From: an uncultured delta proteobacterium
GTDB taxonomy: Bacteria; Desulfobacterota; Desulfobacteria; Desulfobacterales; B30-G6
Length of the DNA: 64,000 bases
Direction of reading: 5' to 3'
NCBI GenBank assembly: GCA_963842925.1
Contig: CAWJIL010000003.1
Location: 313,542-377,541, forward strand
In this document: piece after piece, positions 20,236 through 29,167 of the stretch
How the letters are laid out: the number at the start of each line of letters is the position of its first letter
Numbering within the stretch: position 1 is the stretch's first letter
Program-made: the position numbers and the translations under genes
The notes under the pieces: generated by a model
What the model was told of the DNA's origin: nothing
Databases searched by the model: none
What the model saw: only the letters and a program-made list of their open reading frames with translations

Positions 20236-21263
20236 AGATACTGATCGCTGAAGACGATGGGGTTACCCGGCGCAGGTTGCAGCATTTCCTCGAAAAGTGG
20301 AACCACCAAGTCATCACCTCGGAAAACGGACTGGATGCCCTGGAGCATTTTCTTTCCAAAGATATCGACATCGTAATCACAGACTGGATGATGCCGGAAA
20401 TGGATGGCCTGGAACTGGTGGGCCATATCCGCAGCCGGGGAAGGGAAAAGCCTTATGTCTACACCATCCTCCTGACGTCAAGAGGAGACAAAGAGGATGT
20501 GGTCAAAGGATTATCCGAAGTCGGTGTGGATGATTATGTCATTAAGCCGTTTGAACCCGATGAACTGCGCGCCCGTCTCACTGTCGGGGAAAGAACCGTC
20601 GGGCTGGAGAGAACGCTCAGGGAGTACGGAGAAGGACTTGAAAAAATCGTCCAGAAACAGACCCGCCTGATCCGCCAGACACAGGAAGAAACCATTATCC
20701 GGCTCTTGACCGCTCTTGAATCGAGGGATGAAGAAACCGGCGGGCATGTCAGAAGAATCGGTCTCTACAGTGCCCACCTGGCCGAGGCTGCCGGTTGGAC
20801 CAAGCAACAGGTGGATGATATCCGTCTGGCCTCACCCATGCATGACATTGGTAAAATCGGCGTTCCAGACGCCATTCTGCAAAAAGAGGGGCCTCTCACC
20901 ACAGAAGAGTTTGAGGTGATCAAGTCACACACGACCATCGGTGGCCAGATATTGGGAGACTCTGAATTTCCCATGCTGCAATTGGCCCATGATATCGCGC
21001 TCTTTCACCATGAGAAATGGGAAGGAAAGGGTTACCCTGAAAACCGGTCAGCTGAAGAAATTCCCGAGGCAGCACGGATCGTTGCCCTGGTAGATGTTTA
21101 CGATGCCCTCAGCCAGGACAGGGTTTATCGCAAGGCCGAAGCAGAAGACGAGGTCCTCAGGAAAATGGATGAAGCCCGGGGAAGTCACTTCGATCCTTAT
21201 TTCTATGATCTTTTTATAAAATCCCTGCCGGCCTTCCGACAAATCGCCCGCGAAAACCCATAA
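20232..21263 (+). CDS. Response regulator with HD-GYP c-di-GMP phosphodiesterase domain
   Basis: REC (ITDWMMPEMDG, IKPF) plus HD-GYP (HDIGKIGVPD, HHEKWEGKGYP). The TTG start overlaps the kinase stop (TTGA). Confidence 0.9.
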   Translation: MKILIAEDDGVTRRRLQHFLEKWNHQVITSENGLDALEHFLSKDIDIVITDWMMPEMDGLELVGHIRSRGREKPYVYTILLTSRGDKEDVVKGLSEVGVDDYVIKPFEPDELRARLTVGERTVGLERTLREYGEGLEKIVQKQTRLIRQTQEETIIRLLTALESRDEETGGHVRRIGLYSAHLAEAAGWTKQQVDDIRLASPMHDIGKIGVPDAILQKEGPLTTEEFEVIKSHTTIGGQILGDSEFPMLQLAHDIALFHHEKWEGKGYPENRSAEEIPEAARIVALVDVYDALSQDRVYRKAEAEDEVLRKMDEARGSHFDPYFYDLFIKSLPAFRQIARENP

Positions 21264-21302
21264 AAGTAGGCAGTCAGTTTATCACCAACGATAAGAGTGA
21301 GG

Positions 21303-21431
21303 AAATCCGAATATCGAATGCTCAAATAACAAAAACAGTCCACGGGATTTTACCTTGTACTATTTGTTTCGATCATTTGCACTTGTGTCATTGGGTATTA
21401 TTTAGAATTTCGAATTTCGTGCTTCGGATTT
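21303..21431 (+). repeat. MITE-like element R3 with terminal inverted repeats AAATCCGAA..CGAAAT / ATTTCG..TTCGGATTT
   Basis: Left end AAATCCGAATATCGAATGCTCAAAT. Right end GAATTTCGAATTTCGTGCTTCGGATTT. The same ends occur at 34560-34762. Confidence 0.7.
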
Positions 21432-21444
21432 AAATGATTTTATC

Positions 21445-22674
21445 ATGCCTGAAAAAAGAACATATTTCATCGTTGATGACGATCGGGTCTTTATTAAGTT
21501 TCTCACCAGGTATCTGGCTTCGGACTTATTGACCATCGCATCCAGCACCTCCAGTTCCGGTGCCCTCCAGGAAATCAAACGCCTGAAACCGGATTGCCTT
21601 ATCCTCGACATCATGATGCCTGATATCGACGGTCTTGAACTGTGCATGCAGGTGAGAGCCGAACCCGCCCTGGACAACACCAAAATTGTCGTTGTCTCTG
21701 GCAAAACGTATGAAATTGATCGAAAAAGGGCCTTTGACATGGGCGCCGATGGTTATATTGTCAAACCGGTGGCTCCCGATAAAATTGCGGGACAGATCCA
21801 GCGCATCGTGGAAGATCGCGTGGAAATGACCTTCTGGGGTGTCAGAGGTACCTTGCCAGTTCCCGGACGGGATACCATTCGATACGGTGGCAATACGAGC
21901 TGTATAAGTCTTGAGTTTCCAAAAGGAAGCCTCTTTGTCTTCGATGCCGGGACAGGCATCAAATCCCTGTCGGATCACCTCGAAACCCAGAACCGTTCTC
22001 AGATCCATGCCAAGATATTTATCTCTCATCCCCATTGGGACCACATCAATGCCCTGCCCTTTTTCACCCCTTTGTACAAGCAGGGCAATGAATTCGAGAT
22101 TATGGGACCGGCCCATGGAGATATCTCCATCCGGGAACTGATTTCCGGACAGATGGATGGTGTTTATTTCCCTATTGAAATCAAGGAATTCGGAGCTACC
22201 GTATCCTTTCAGAACCTGAAGGAAGGACTTGTTTCCATCGACGGCATCAAGGTCCAGACAATTCTGCTCAATCACCCGGGACATTGCCTGGGGTACCGGG
22301 TCGACTACAAGGACCGCTCCATCTGCTACATCACCGACAATGAATTGTTTCCCAAATCCAGCCGCTTTTACAACAGCGCCTACATCAAAAAATTGACGGC
22401 CTTCATCCGCAATACAGATGCATTGATCGCCGATTGCACCTATAGCGAGGATGAGTACGCTCAAAAAATCCGCTGGGGGCATTCATCCGTCACGGAAGTG
22501 GTCCATCTGGCACATCGTGCCAGGGTGGGTACCCTCTACATGTTCCACCATGACCCTGGGCAGACAGATGCCGCCATCGACACAAAAAGCGACCAGGCCC
22601 AGGCTCTGCTGAACGAATTGAATTCCTCCACCGTCTGTATCACCCCCATGGAAAAACAGCAATTTATGGTATAA
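21445..22674 (+). CDS. Response regulator receiver fused to metallo-beta-lactamase-fold hydrolase
   Basis: REC (FIVDDD, ILDIMMPDIDG, VKP) followed by an MBL fold (ISHPHWDHINALPFF, later HHD). Confidence 0.85.
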   Translation: MPEKRTYFIVDDDRVFIKFLTRYLASDLLTIASSTSSSGALQEIKRLKPDCLILDIMMPDIDGLELCMQVRAEPALDNTKIVVVSGKTYEIDRKRAFDMGADGYIVKPVAPDKIAGQIQRIVEDRVEMTFWGVRGTLPVPGRDTIRYGGNTSCISLEFPKGSLFVFDAGTGIKSLSDHLETQNRSQIHAKIFISHPHWDHINALPFFTPLYKQGNEFEIMGPAHGDISIRELISGQMDGVYFPIEIKEFGATVSFQNLKEGLVSIDGIKVQTILLNHPGHCLGYRVDYKDRSICYITDNELFPKSSRFYNSAYIKKLTAFIRNTDALIADCTYSEDEYAQKIRWGHSSVTEVVHLAHRARVGTLYMFHHDPGQTDAAIDTKSDQAQALLNELNSSTVCITPMEKQQFMV

Positions 22675-22840
22675 GCGTTTTAGGTATTTGGATTGGATTA
22701 AGGTATAGCGATAGGGGCAGCTGTGCTCAACTGCGGACCTGGGGTCCGGAGGGATCGCCGATAGCAAATAGGATAGATGATATTCGATTTCCCCTGGCCC
22801 GTGGTAAGCCTCGGCCAGGGGAAAATCAGAATATGAAATA

Positions 22841-22901
22841 TTTAGCCCGAAAAATTCACAAACCTGATCGGTTCTGGCGCAAGGCATTTCAGCCTGAAGC
22901 C
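22841..22901 (+). repeat. Repeat family R5
   Basis: TTTAGCCCGAAAAATTCACAAACCTGATCGGTTCTGGCGCAAGGCATTTCAGCCTGAAGCC. A related copy in reverse orientation lies at 52019-52079. Confidence 0.7.
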
Positions 22902-23001
22902 ATAGTTATCTGTTGCAAAGGCTGAATAACACAGTGCCAGGGCCGATCAGGGAAGCCCGAAGGTTGAAACTTGACGAGTCAAGTTTAATGAAATTTTCGG
23001 A

Positions 23002-23190
23002 TTAGGTTTCTTCAACGGTAATTGCGTCTTCTTCACACACTTCCACGCAACTCTCACAACCCAAACATTCTTCTGCATTCACGGGTGATGATTTTTCATC
23101 GACCATTTCAAAAACTTCGGTAGGACAGACATCGACACATTCTTCACAGCCCACACATTTACCTTCATCAACAGTAGGTACAAAAGCCAT
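23002..23190 (-). CDS. 2x[4Fe-4S] ferredoxin
   Basis: 62 aa with CVGCEECVDVCP and CLGCESCVEVC cluster motifs. Confidence 0.85.
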   Translation of the reverse strand: MAFVPTVDEGKCVGCEECVDVCPTEVFEMVDEKSSPVNAEECLGCESCVEVCEEDAITVEET

Positions 23191-23328
23191 TTTTCATAAC
23201 TCCTTTCATAATGTTCGGTCATGGTGCCGGGCACCATTTTTTAATCACGGAAATGCCATTATACCAATTCATTTTTCGAGTCAAGACTTCTTCTGCCAAT
23301 TCACGGAAATATCTTCACACCCGATAAA

Positions 23329-24315
23329 TTAAGGTTCAATACAGGCGATCAGGGTATTCACCTCCCCAGGGGCGTCCCTGTTACCAGGGGCATTTCCCTC
23401 AACAAACCGTGCCAATAGAGATTGCGGGGCAATATCCGGCAGCAGGTAGAGTTTCATGGAAAGGGGGTCCGTGGTTTCTGCAGGATAGATATCCAGCAAC
23501 CCGGAATCGCGGAGAAGAGACACGGGCATATGCACCAGTTTTTTGCAATAATCCATCAGGTCCTGTGGTTTATCTTTCTCCGTTGTCGTATCCATTTGGA
23601 CAGCCGGGACCGTCGCCACCAAGGTCAACGTTTCAATATCCGCTACATGCTCCTGTATCAAGGTCAGCACCGAAGCAGCGGTTGTCACCAGGGGTCCTTG
23701 TACGCGGCCATGGGAAAGCATGACCCGGGACCAGGCCTTCAGACGATCTAAAATCATATACTGAAACGGATCCTCATGCTCCCCTGATTGAAGAGGTATG
23801 GTGGTCCTGTCCAAAGAACGTTCATCACCCCTGAGTTCCCGGTACAGGTTTCTTTCCATGACGTCCTGCTGCTGCATTTGATGGAAGAGCCACTGGTTAT
23901 GAGCATCAAATTCCTGGGCCATCTGAAGAAAGATGCGCGCCCGGAGAAGGCTTTCCTGCGGCGTCGCATCAGGGGAAACCGGCCGTCCGGCTGCCCGGAT
24001 GTCCTGAGTTATCTGCGAAACCGATGACGACTCAAAAAACGGAACCCTGTCCTGGTAAGCCTTTAAAAAGGCGGCTGCGCCATTGCCATGGCTCCGGGCC
24101 CAACTTTCAGTTTCGGCCAGAATCTTATCCAAAGTTCGGGAAGTATCCAGGTCCGGCATCTGTACATCCAAAAAACCCTGGGCAGCCCATTGTGCCATGG
24201 GTTCCGGAATGTGTTTCACAGAGGACTGCAGAACAGTGAGGCCGCTGAAAAAACAGCGGATTGCATTGATGGTCGGTTCCATCACATAGGTATATGGAAA
24301 AAACAAAGGTTTCAT
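23329..24315 (-). CDS. Hypothetical protein (328 aa), translationally coupled to the CysK/CysRS-like fusion
   Basis: The ATG overlaps the upstream stop (ATGA, 24312-24315). I recognised no family. Confidence 0.6.
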   Translation of the reverse strand: MKPLFFPYTYVMEPTINAIRCFFSGLTVLQSSVKHIPEPMAQWAAQGFLDVQMPDLDTSRTLDKILAETESWARSHGNGAAAFLKAYQDRVPFFESSSVSQITQDIRAAGRPVSPDATPQESLLRARIFLQMAQEFDAHNQWLFHQMQQQDVMERNLYRELRGDERSLDRTTIPLQSGEHEDPFQYMILDRLKAWSRVMLSHGRVQGPLVTTAASVLTLIQEHVADIETLTLVATVPAVQMDTTTEKDKPQDLMDYCKKLVHMPVSLLRDSGLLDIYPAETTDPLSMKLYLLPDIAPQSLLARFVEGNAPGNRDAPGEVNTLIACIEP

Positions 24316-26594
24316 GAGATCTTTTCCCGGTCCCTGACCACAACACCCCGCAAGACAAGTTCTTTCCGTATTTGATCGGCAAGATCCCAGTTTCGCTGTT
24401 GTCTGGCCTGGTCACGTTTTTCTATAAGACGCCGGACGTCGGCATCCAAGATCTGTGTTTCAAATTCGAACAGGTTAAGAACCGTATCGATCTTTTTGAA
24501 GACGTCGATGATCTTGCCGGCATCCGACAGGTTAAGGGCCTCTTCCGCTATCAGCCGGTTGATCTTTTTGATCATCCTGAAAATGGATGCCAGTGCGGCT
24601 GAAATATTGAGATCGTCATCCATGGCATCTACAAAGCCGTGCCGAATGTCGTACAAAAGTTGATCCAGGTCCGGATAGAAAGGTCCATCGCGCAATTCAT
24701 GAAGTCTGGCAATACAGGAGTCCATTCTCTGGAGCGAATTTCCAGCGTTGACAAGTTTGGTCCGGGCAAATTGAACCGGTCTACGGTAATGACTCGAAAT
24801 CAGCCAGTACCGAATTTCCCTGCCCTTGAATCCCATGTCCATGAGATGCTGGATGGTCAATCCCTCTCCCTTTTCATCCATTTTCTTTCCATCCACGAGT
24901 ACCCGGTCACAATGAATCCAGAAACGTGCCAGGGGTTTTCCTGTCAAGGCTCCGGCGATAGCAATTTCATTTTCGTGGTGAGGAAAGGTCAATTCACGAC
25001 TGGCGGTATGAATGTCATAGCTGTCCCCCAGGTACTTCATAGACATGGTCGCACATTGGAGATGCCAGGAAGGACGCACGTTTCCCCAGTCGGTTTTAAC
25101 GTAGATCCCCCTTTTGAGTTCGGATAATTTGGATCGTTTCAGAAGCGTAAAATCCCGGGGATTATCCTTTTCGTATTCATCAAGATCCACCGTGGCCCCT
25201 ATCCGAATCTTGTCGATATCGACCCCGGACAAACGACCGTACTCCTTGAAACGCGAAATATCGAAATAGATCGAGCGCAGTTTTTCATAGGCCACACCCT
25301 TTCTGACCAGTTTCTCGGAAATCGATACCATGTCACCGGTGTGGTCGCTGGCCCTGGGGTATTTTTCGGCAGGTTTGATACCCAGCTGTTTCAAGTCATT
25401 TTTAAATTCATGAATATGCCGGCGGGTAAAATCGGATAGCTCCATACCGGCTTTTTCCGACCCCTCGATGGTTTTGTCATCCAAGTCGGTGATATTCATA
25501 ATGTGCGTCACATCATAACCGCGATAGTCGAGGTACCGTCTGAGCAGATCGGAAAAAACAAACCGGCGGCACTCGGCAAGATGAATTCTGGCATGCGCCG
25601 TCAATCCGCAGGAATACATGGTAACCTTGCCCGGCACCAGTGGTTCGAAAAGTTCCTTTTTGCGGGTCATGGTGTTAAACAGCTTCAGTTCCACCTTGTC
25701 CCTGATGGTGAAAAGCGGTGTGCTCAGATAACGTTCACCACCGTCCGGCAATATGACCACCAGGGTTCCTTCGGTCATGTTGCCGGCTTCCTCCAGAGCG
25801 ACGGCCATGGCTGCACCACTGCTCATACCCACAAAAAGACCTTCTTCCAGTGCAAGGCGTCTTGCCATCTCAAAAGCAACTTCGTCTTCGATATTGATTT
25901 TTCTGTCCAGACGGTTTTTATCGAATATTTCGGGTCGATAGGCCTCTTTCATATTTTTCAGGCCTTGAATTTTATGACCCAGATAGGGTTCGACGCCAAT
26001 AATCTCGATGCCGGGGTCATATGCTTTCATCCTGCGTGAGATACCCATAGCCGTGCCACTGGTTCCCAGTGTAACGATCACCTTGTCCACGTGCCCGTCT
26101 GTTTGATCCCATATTTCAGGTGCAGTGCCATCGTAGTGGGCCTGCCAGTTGGCATCATTATTGAACTGGTCCGTCATAAAATAGACCTGTGGATTTTCAC
26201 GCACCAGACGATACGCTTCCTCGATGGCGCCATCGGTCCCCAAATGACCGGGTGTCAGCAAAATTTCCGCACCCCTTGCCTTGAGAATCTTCCGCCGCTC
26301 CCCGCTGACGGATTCCGACATGGCCAAAAGGAGCCGGTAGCCCTTGACCGAACAAACCAGTGCAAGGCCAATACCTGTATTCCCGCTGGTGGCTTCGATG
26401 ACGGTCTTCTCCCGTGTGAGTTCTCCGGAGGCTTCCCCGTTTTCAATCATTCTCAATGCGGGTCGATCCTTGATGGACCCGCCGGGATTGAAATATTCCA
26501 GCTTGGCCAGGATCTTGACCCTGGGATTGGAATTTAGGGACCGGATTTCCACCATGGGGGTGTTACCGATACTGTCTAAAATCGATCTCTTCAT
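24312..26594 (-). CDS. Fusion protein: cysteine synthase (CysK/CysM, PLP) + cysteinyl-tRNA synthetase-like domain with degenerate HIGH/KMSKS
   Basis: aa 1-300 match the CysK/CysM pattern (GGSIKDR with Lys42, SGNTGIG, GTSGT). aa 303-760 are collinear with CysRS (LFNTMTRKKELF, MYSCG, NITDLDDK, WHLQC, FPHHENEIA). However, HIGH is HLAE (25572-25583) and KMSKS is KMDEK (24870-24884). Confidence 0.9.
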   Translation of the reverse strand: MKRSILDSIGNTPMVEIRSLNSNPRVKILAKLEYFNPGGSIKDRPALRMIENGEASGELTREKTVIEATSGNTGIGLALVCSVKGYRLLLAMSESVSGERRKILKARGAEILLTPGHLGTDGAIEEAYRLVRENPQVYFMTDQFNNDANWQAHYDGTAPEIWDQTDGHVDKVIVTLGTSGTAMGISRRMKAYDPGIEIIGVEPYLGHKIQGLKNMKEAYRPEIFDKNRLDRKINIEDEVAFEMARRLALEEGLFVGMSSGAAMAVALEEAGNMTEGTLVVILPDGGERYLSTPLFTIRDKVELKLFNTMTRKKELFEPLVPGKVTMYSCGLTAHARIHLAECRRFVFSDLLRRYLDYRGYDVTHIMNITDLDDKTIEGSEKAGMELSDFTRRHIHEFKNDLKQLGIKPAEKYPRASDHTGDMVSISEKLVRKGVAYEKLRSIYFDISRFKEYGRLSGVDIDKIRIGATVDLDEYEKDNPRDFTLLKRSKLSELKRGIYVKTDWGNVRPSWHLQCATMSMKYLGDSYDIHTASRELTFPHHENEIAIAGALTGKPLARFWIHCDRVLVDGKKMDEKGEGLTIQHLMDMGFKGREIRYWLISSHYRRPVQFARTKLVNAGNSLQRMDSCIARLHELRDGPFYPDLDQLLYDIRHGFVDAMDDDLNISAALASIFRMIKKINRLIAEEALNLSDAGKIIDVFKKIDTVLNLFEFETQILDADVRRLIEKRDQARQQRNWDLADQIRKELVLRGVVVRDREKIS

Positions 26595-27241
26595 TATTTC
26601 TCTATGGGGTTGCGAATAATGCTGTCCAATACGGCCATGATCTCCTGCTTCACACCTTCCTGCGGTCCGGAAGCATCGATGATTTTGAAGCGCTTTGGTT
26701 CCAGCCTGGCCAGTGCGAGATAGCCCTCACGAACCCGCCCATGAAAGCTCAGGGCTTCCTCTTCAAAACGCGTTTCCGTTCCGGTTCTCTGCCCGTTTTC
26801 GATCTGCCGCCAGGCGCGTTCCAGCCCTGTTTCCGGAGGAAGGTCCAGCAGAAACGTCAGCTCGGGTTTATAGCCGGCAAAGGCGAGCCCGTGGAGTTGT
26901 GTTATCAGGTCGATATCCAAACCCCTGGCATACCCCTGATAGGCAATGGTTGCGTCATAATAGCGGTCGCAGAGAACAACCTTCCCAGAGGATAGACTCG
27001 GTTTGACTATTTCGTCCAGGTGCTGCGCCCGATCGGCCATGTAGAGAAGAAGTTCCGACAGGGGATTCAAGCCTTTATTTTTGGAATCCAGGAGGATGGA
27101 CCGTATCTGTCTGCCGATATTCGAACCGCCGGGTTCTCTCGTCACGACGACGCCATGACCTTTTTGGCGAAGATGGTCACAAACGCGTTGAATCTGGGTT
27201 GTCTTGCCGGAACCTTCGATGCCTTCAAATGAAATAAACAT
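26594..27241 (-). CDS. tmk: Thymidylate kinase
   Basis: P-loop FEGIEGSGKTTQ, DRY motif, and lid region. The ATG at 27241 overlaps the upstream stop by 1 nt. Confidence 0.92.
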   Translation of the reverse strand: MFISFEGIEGSGKTTQIQRVCDHLRQKGHGVVVTREPGGSNIGRQIRSILLDSKNKGLNPLSELLLYMADRAQHLDEIVKPSLSSGKVVLCDRYYDATIAYQGYARGLDIDLITQLHGLAFAGYKPELTFLLDLPPETGLERAWRQIENGQRTGTETRFEEEALSFHGRVREGYLALARLEPKRFKIIDASGPQEGVKQEIMAVLDSIIRNPIEK

Positions 27242-28194
27242 TATGATGCTGGTTTCCCTCGGTAAAAATGTCTTCCCAGGAGCCGGTGAAAGGATGTCCA
27301 TGTCTCTCCGGGGTCTTCTTTTCCCATAAATTCCCGGATGGCCTGTACCCGGGAGTCCATTTCGTCAATGCAGTTCAGCATCACCGCCTCTATGGTCTTG
27401 GGTGGCTCCGGTGACCCCAGTTCTCTGCTGCCATGGTGGCTGATCACCATGTGCTTCAACAACAGGGCCGGTTCTTCAGGAAAGGAGGCGATGGTGCGTA
27501 TTTTTTCCTCGATCATCTGTAGGCCGATAACAATATGATTCACCAGCCTGCCCTCATCGGAGTAGTCGATACCCATATCGTAGTTGAATTCACGGGTTTT
27601 GCCGATGTCGTGAAGTAGCGCGCCCGACACGAGAAGATCCCGGTCGATGCCATTGTAATGTCCGGCGATTTTGTCAGCCAGCACCGCCATGGAAAGGGTG
27701 TGTTCCAGAAGCCCCCCGATATAGGCATGGTGCATTTTCTTGGCTGCGGGCGCCTTTTTGAATTGGGCTGTGAATGAACCATCCTCCCAGAAAGCCCTGA
27801 AAAGCGCCTTTAAATACCAGGCATCCAGGGATTCCGACAGGGCCACAATCCGTTCAAACATCTTATGGACATCCCGTTCAGTTGAAAGCATAAAATCGGA
27901 AGGATCTGATTCCTCCAAGGGAACCATTGTCATCTCCTTGATCACGACCTGGAGATTGTTCCGGTACTGGCCCACATGACCCCTGACCTTTACCACCGCT
28001 CCCGTCTCCGCTTGAGAAGCAATCTTTTCAACATTGTCCCAGACCACCCCCTTGATGCTCCCGGTTCGGTCGGACAGAACCAGATTAAGGTAATTGTTGC
28101 CATCTTTTTTCTGGGCCATGGTTTTTTCAGTCAGGACATAACAATCTGACAGAACATCGCCGGCATTTATCTGGTTGATGAATTGCTTTTTCAT
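27241..28194 (-). CDS. OB-fold + HD-domain phosphohydrolase (YhaM-like 3'-5' exoribonuclease family)
   Basis: N-terminal OB fold, and an HD domain (GGLLEHT, LLHDIGK, ISHHG). ATG 28194 overlaps the surE TGA (ATGA). Confidence 0.85.
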   Translation of the reverse strand: MKKQFINQINAGDVLSDCYVLTEKTMAQKKDGNNYLNLVLSDRTGSIKGVVWDNVEKIASQAETGAVVKVRGHVGQYRNNLQVVIKEMTMVPLEESDPSDFMLSTERDVHKMFERIVALSESLDAWYLKALFRAFWEDGSFTAQFKKAPAAKKMHHAYIGGLLEHTLSMAVLADKIAGHYNGIDRDLLVSGALLHDIGKTREFNYDMGIDYSDEGRLVNHIVIGLQMIEEKIRTIASFPEEPALLLKHMVISHHGSRELGSPEPPKTIEAVMLNCIDEMDSRVQAIREFMGKEDPGETWTSFHRLLGRHFYRGKPAS

Positions 28195-28952
28195 CGGATG
28201 CCAATATTCCACAACTTAAGCATTTGAATTGATTGATAATCAGTCATATCACACATGATGGGGGTGATGGATATATAATCTTTCGCGATGACCGCCACAT
28301 CAGAGCCCGAATCCCCGCCGGACACCTGTGCCGCAACGCCATGCCAATAATAGGCTTGTTCTCTGGGGTCAAAACGCTTTTCCATTTTTTCACAAGGCAA
28401 CGCAAGGTTTTGATTGCTGATCCGGACACCCCGGATACGTTCCATGGAAAGATCGGGAATATTGACATTCAAGAACGTACCCTCAGGCAGTCCATGTGCC
28501 ATTACCTTTTTTGCCAGATTCTCGACGAATTGTGCGGCCTGGTCATAATAGCCCGGGGTTTTCCCCATGATGGAAACCGCTATGGCCGGGATACCGTAAA
28601 AGACAGCTTCCCGGGCTGCCGCCAATGTTCCGGAATAATTGATATGGACCCCGGTATTTGCACCCGGGTTGATGCCCGAGATCATCAAATCCGGCGGCTC
28701 CTCAAGAAGTTCTACGATGGCCAGCTTGATACAGTCCGCTGGTGTTCCACTCACCGCGTATGCCTTGTCGCCATTGTTCAGAGATATTTGGCGAGACCGG
28801 ATAGGCCTTTCAAGGGTGATGGCGTGACTGATGGCGCTGCACTCCTGGTCAGGTGCCACCACAACGGTAGAGCAGGTACCTGAAAGTCGCCGGTGGAGCG
28901 CCCCGAGACCCTCGGCATAGATCCCGTCATCATTCGACAATAAAAGTTTCAT
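28191..28952 (-). CDS. surE: 5'/3'-nucleotidase SurE
   Basis: MKLLLSNDDGIYAEGL, GINPGAN, YSGT motifs. ATG 28952 preferred over TTG 28982. Confidence 0.92.
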   Translation of the reverse strand: MKLLLSNDDGIYAEGLGALHRRLSGTCSTVVVAPDQECSAISHAITLERPIRSRQISLNNGDKAYAVSGTPADCIKLAIVELLEEPPDLMISGINPGANTGVHINYSGTLAAAREAVFYGIPAIAVSIMGKTPGYYDQAAQFVENLAKKVMAHGLPEGTFLNVNIPDLSMERIRGVRISNQNLALPCEKMEKRFDPREQAYYWHGVAAQVSGGDSGSDVAVIAKDYISITPIMCDMTDYQSIQMLKLWNIGIR

Positions 28953-29167
28953 CCGTCCCTGTTTGTCCGGAGAGTCGTCCAAAGTCCTGCATCATTGCTC
29001 CTGGATATTTTAGGGCAACACCCCCCGGGAATGAACCTTCATACATCAATTGCATTGATTTGAAAAGGGCTTGGTATCGATCTTATTCTTGATTTTTTCA
29101 ATACGTTGGCTTTATATTGACTAATTTTGACAGATGCAACAGGTTTGTTTCCCAGAAAAGAACGCTC

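Noticed and set aside
21526-22482. Long antisense ORFs (318 aa here; also 10122..10964, 2364..3191, 28233..28883, 42784..43521, 47848..48531, 48553..49167, 18679..19329)
   Set aside because: Each lies entirely within, and opposite to, a gene with strong family motifs. Stop-poor antisense frames are expected from codon bias, and none has a recognisable domain.
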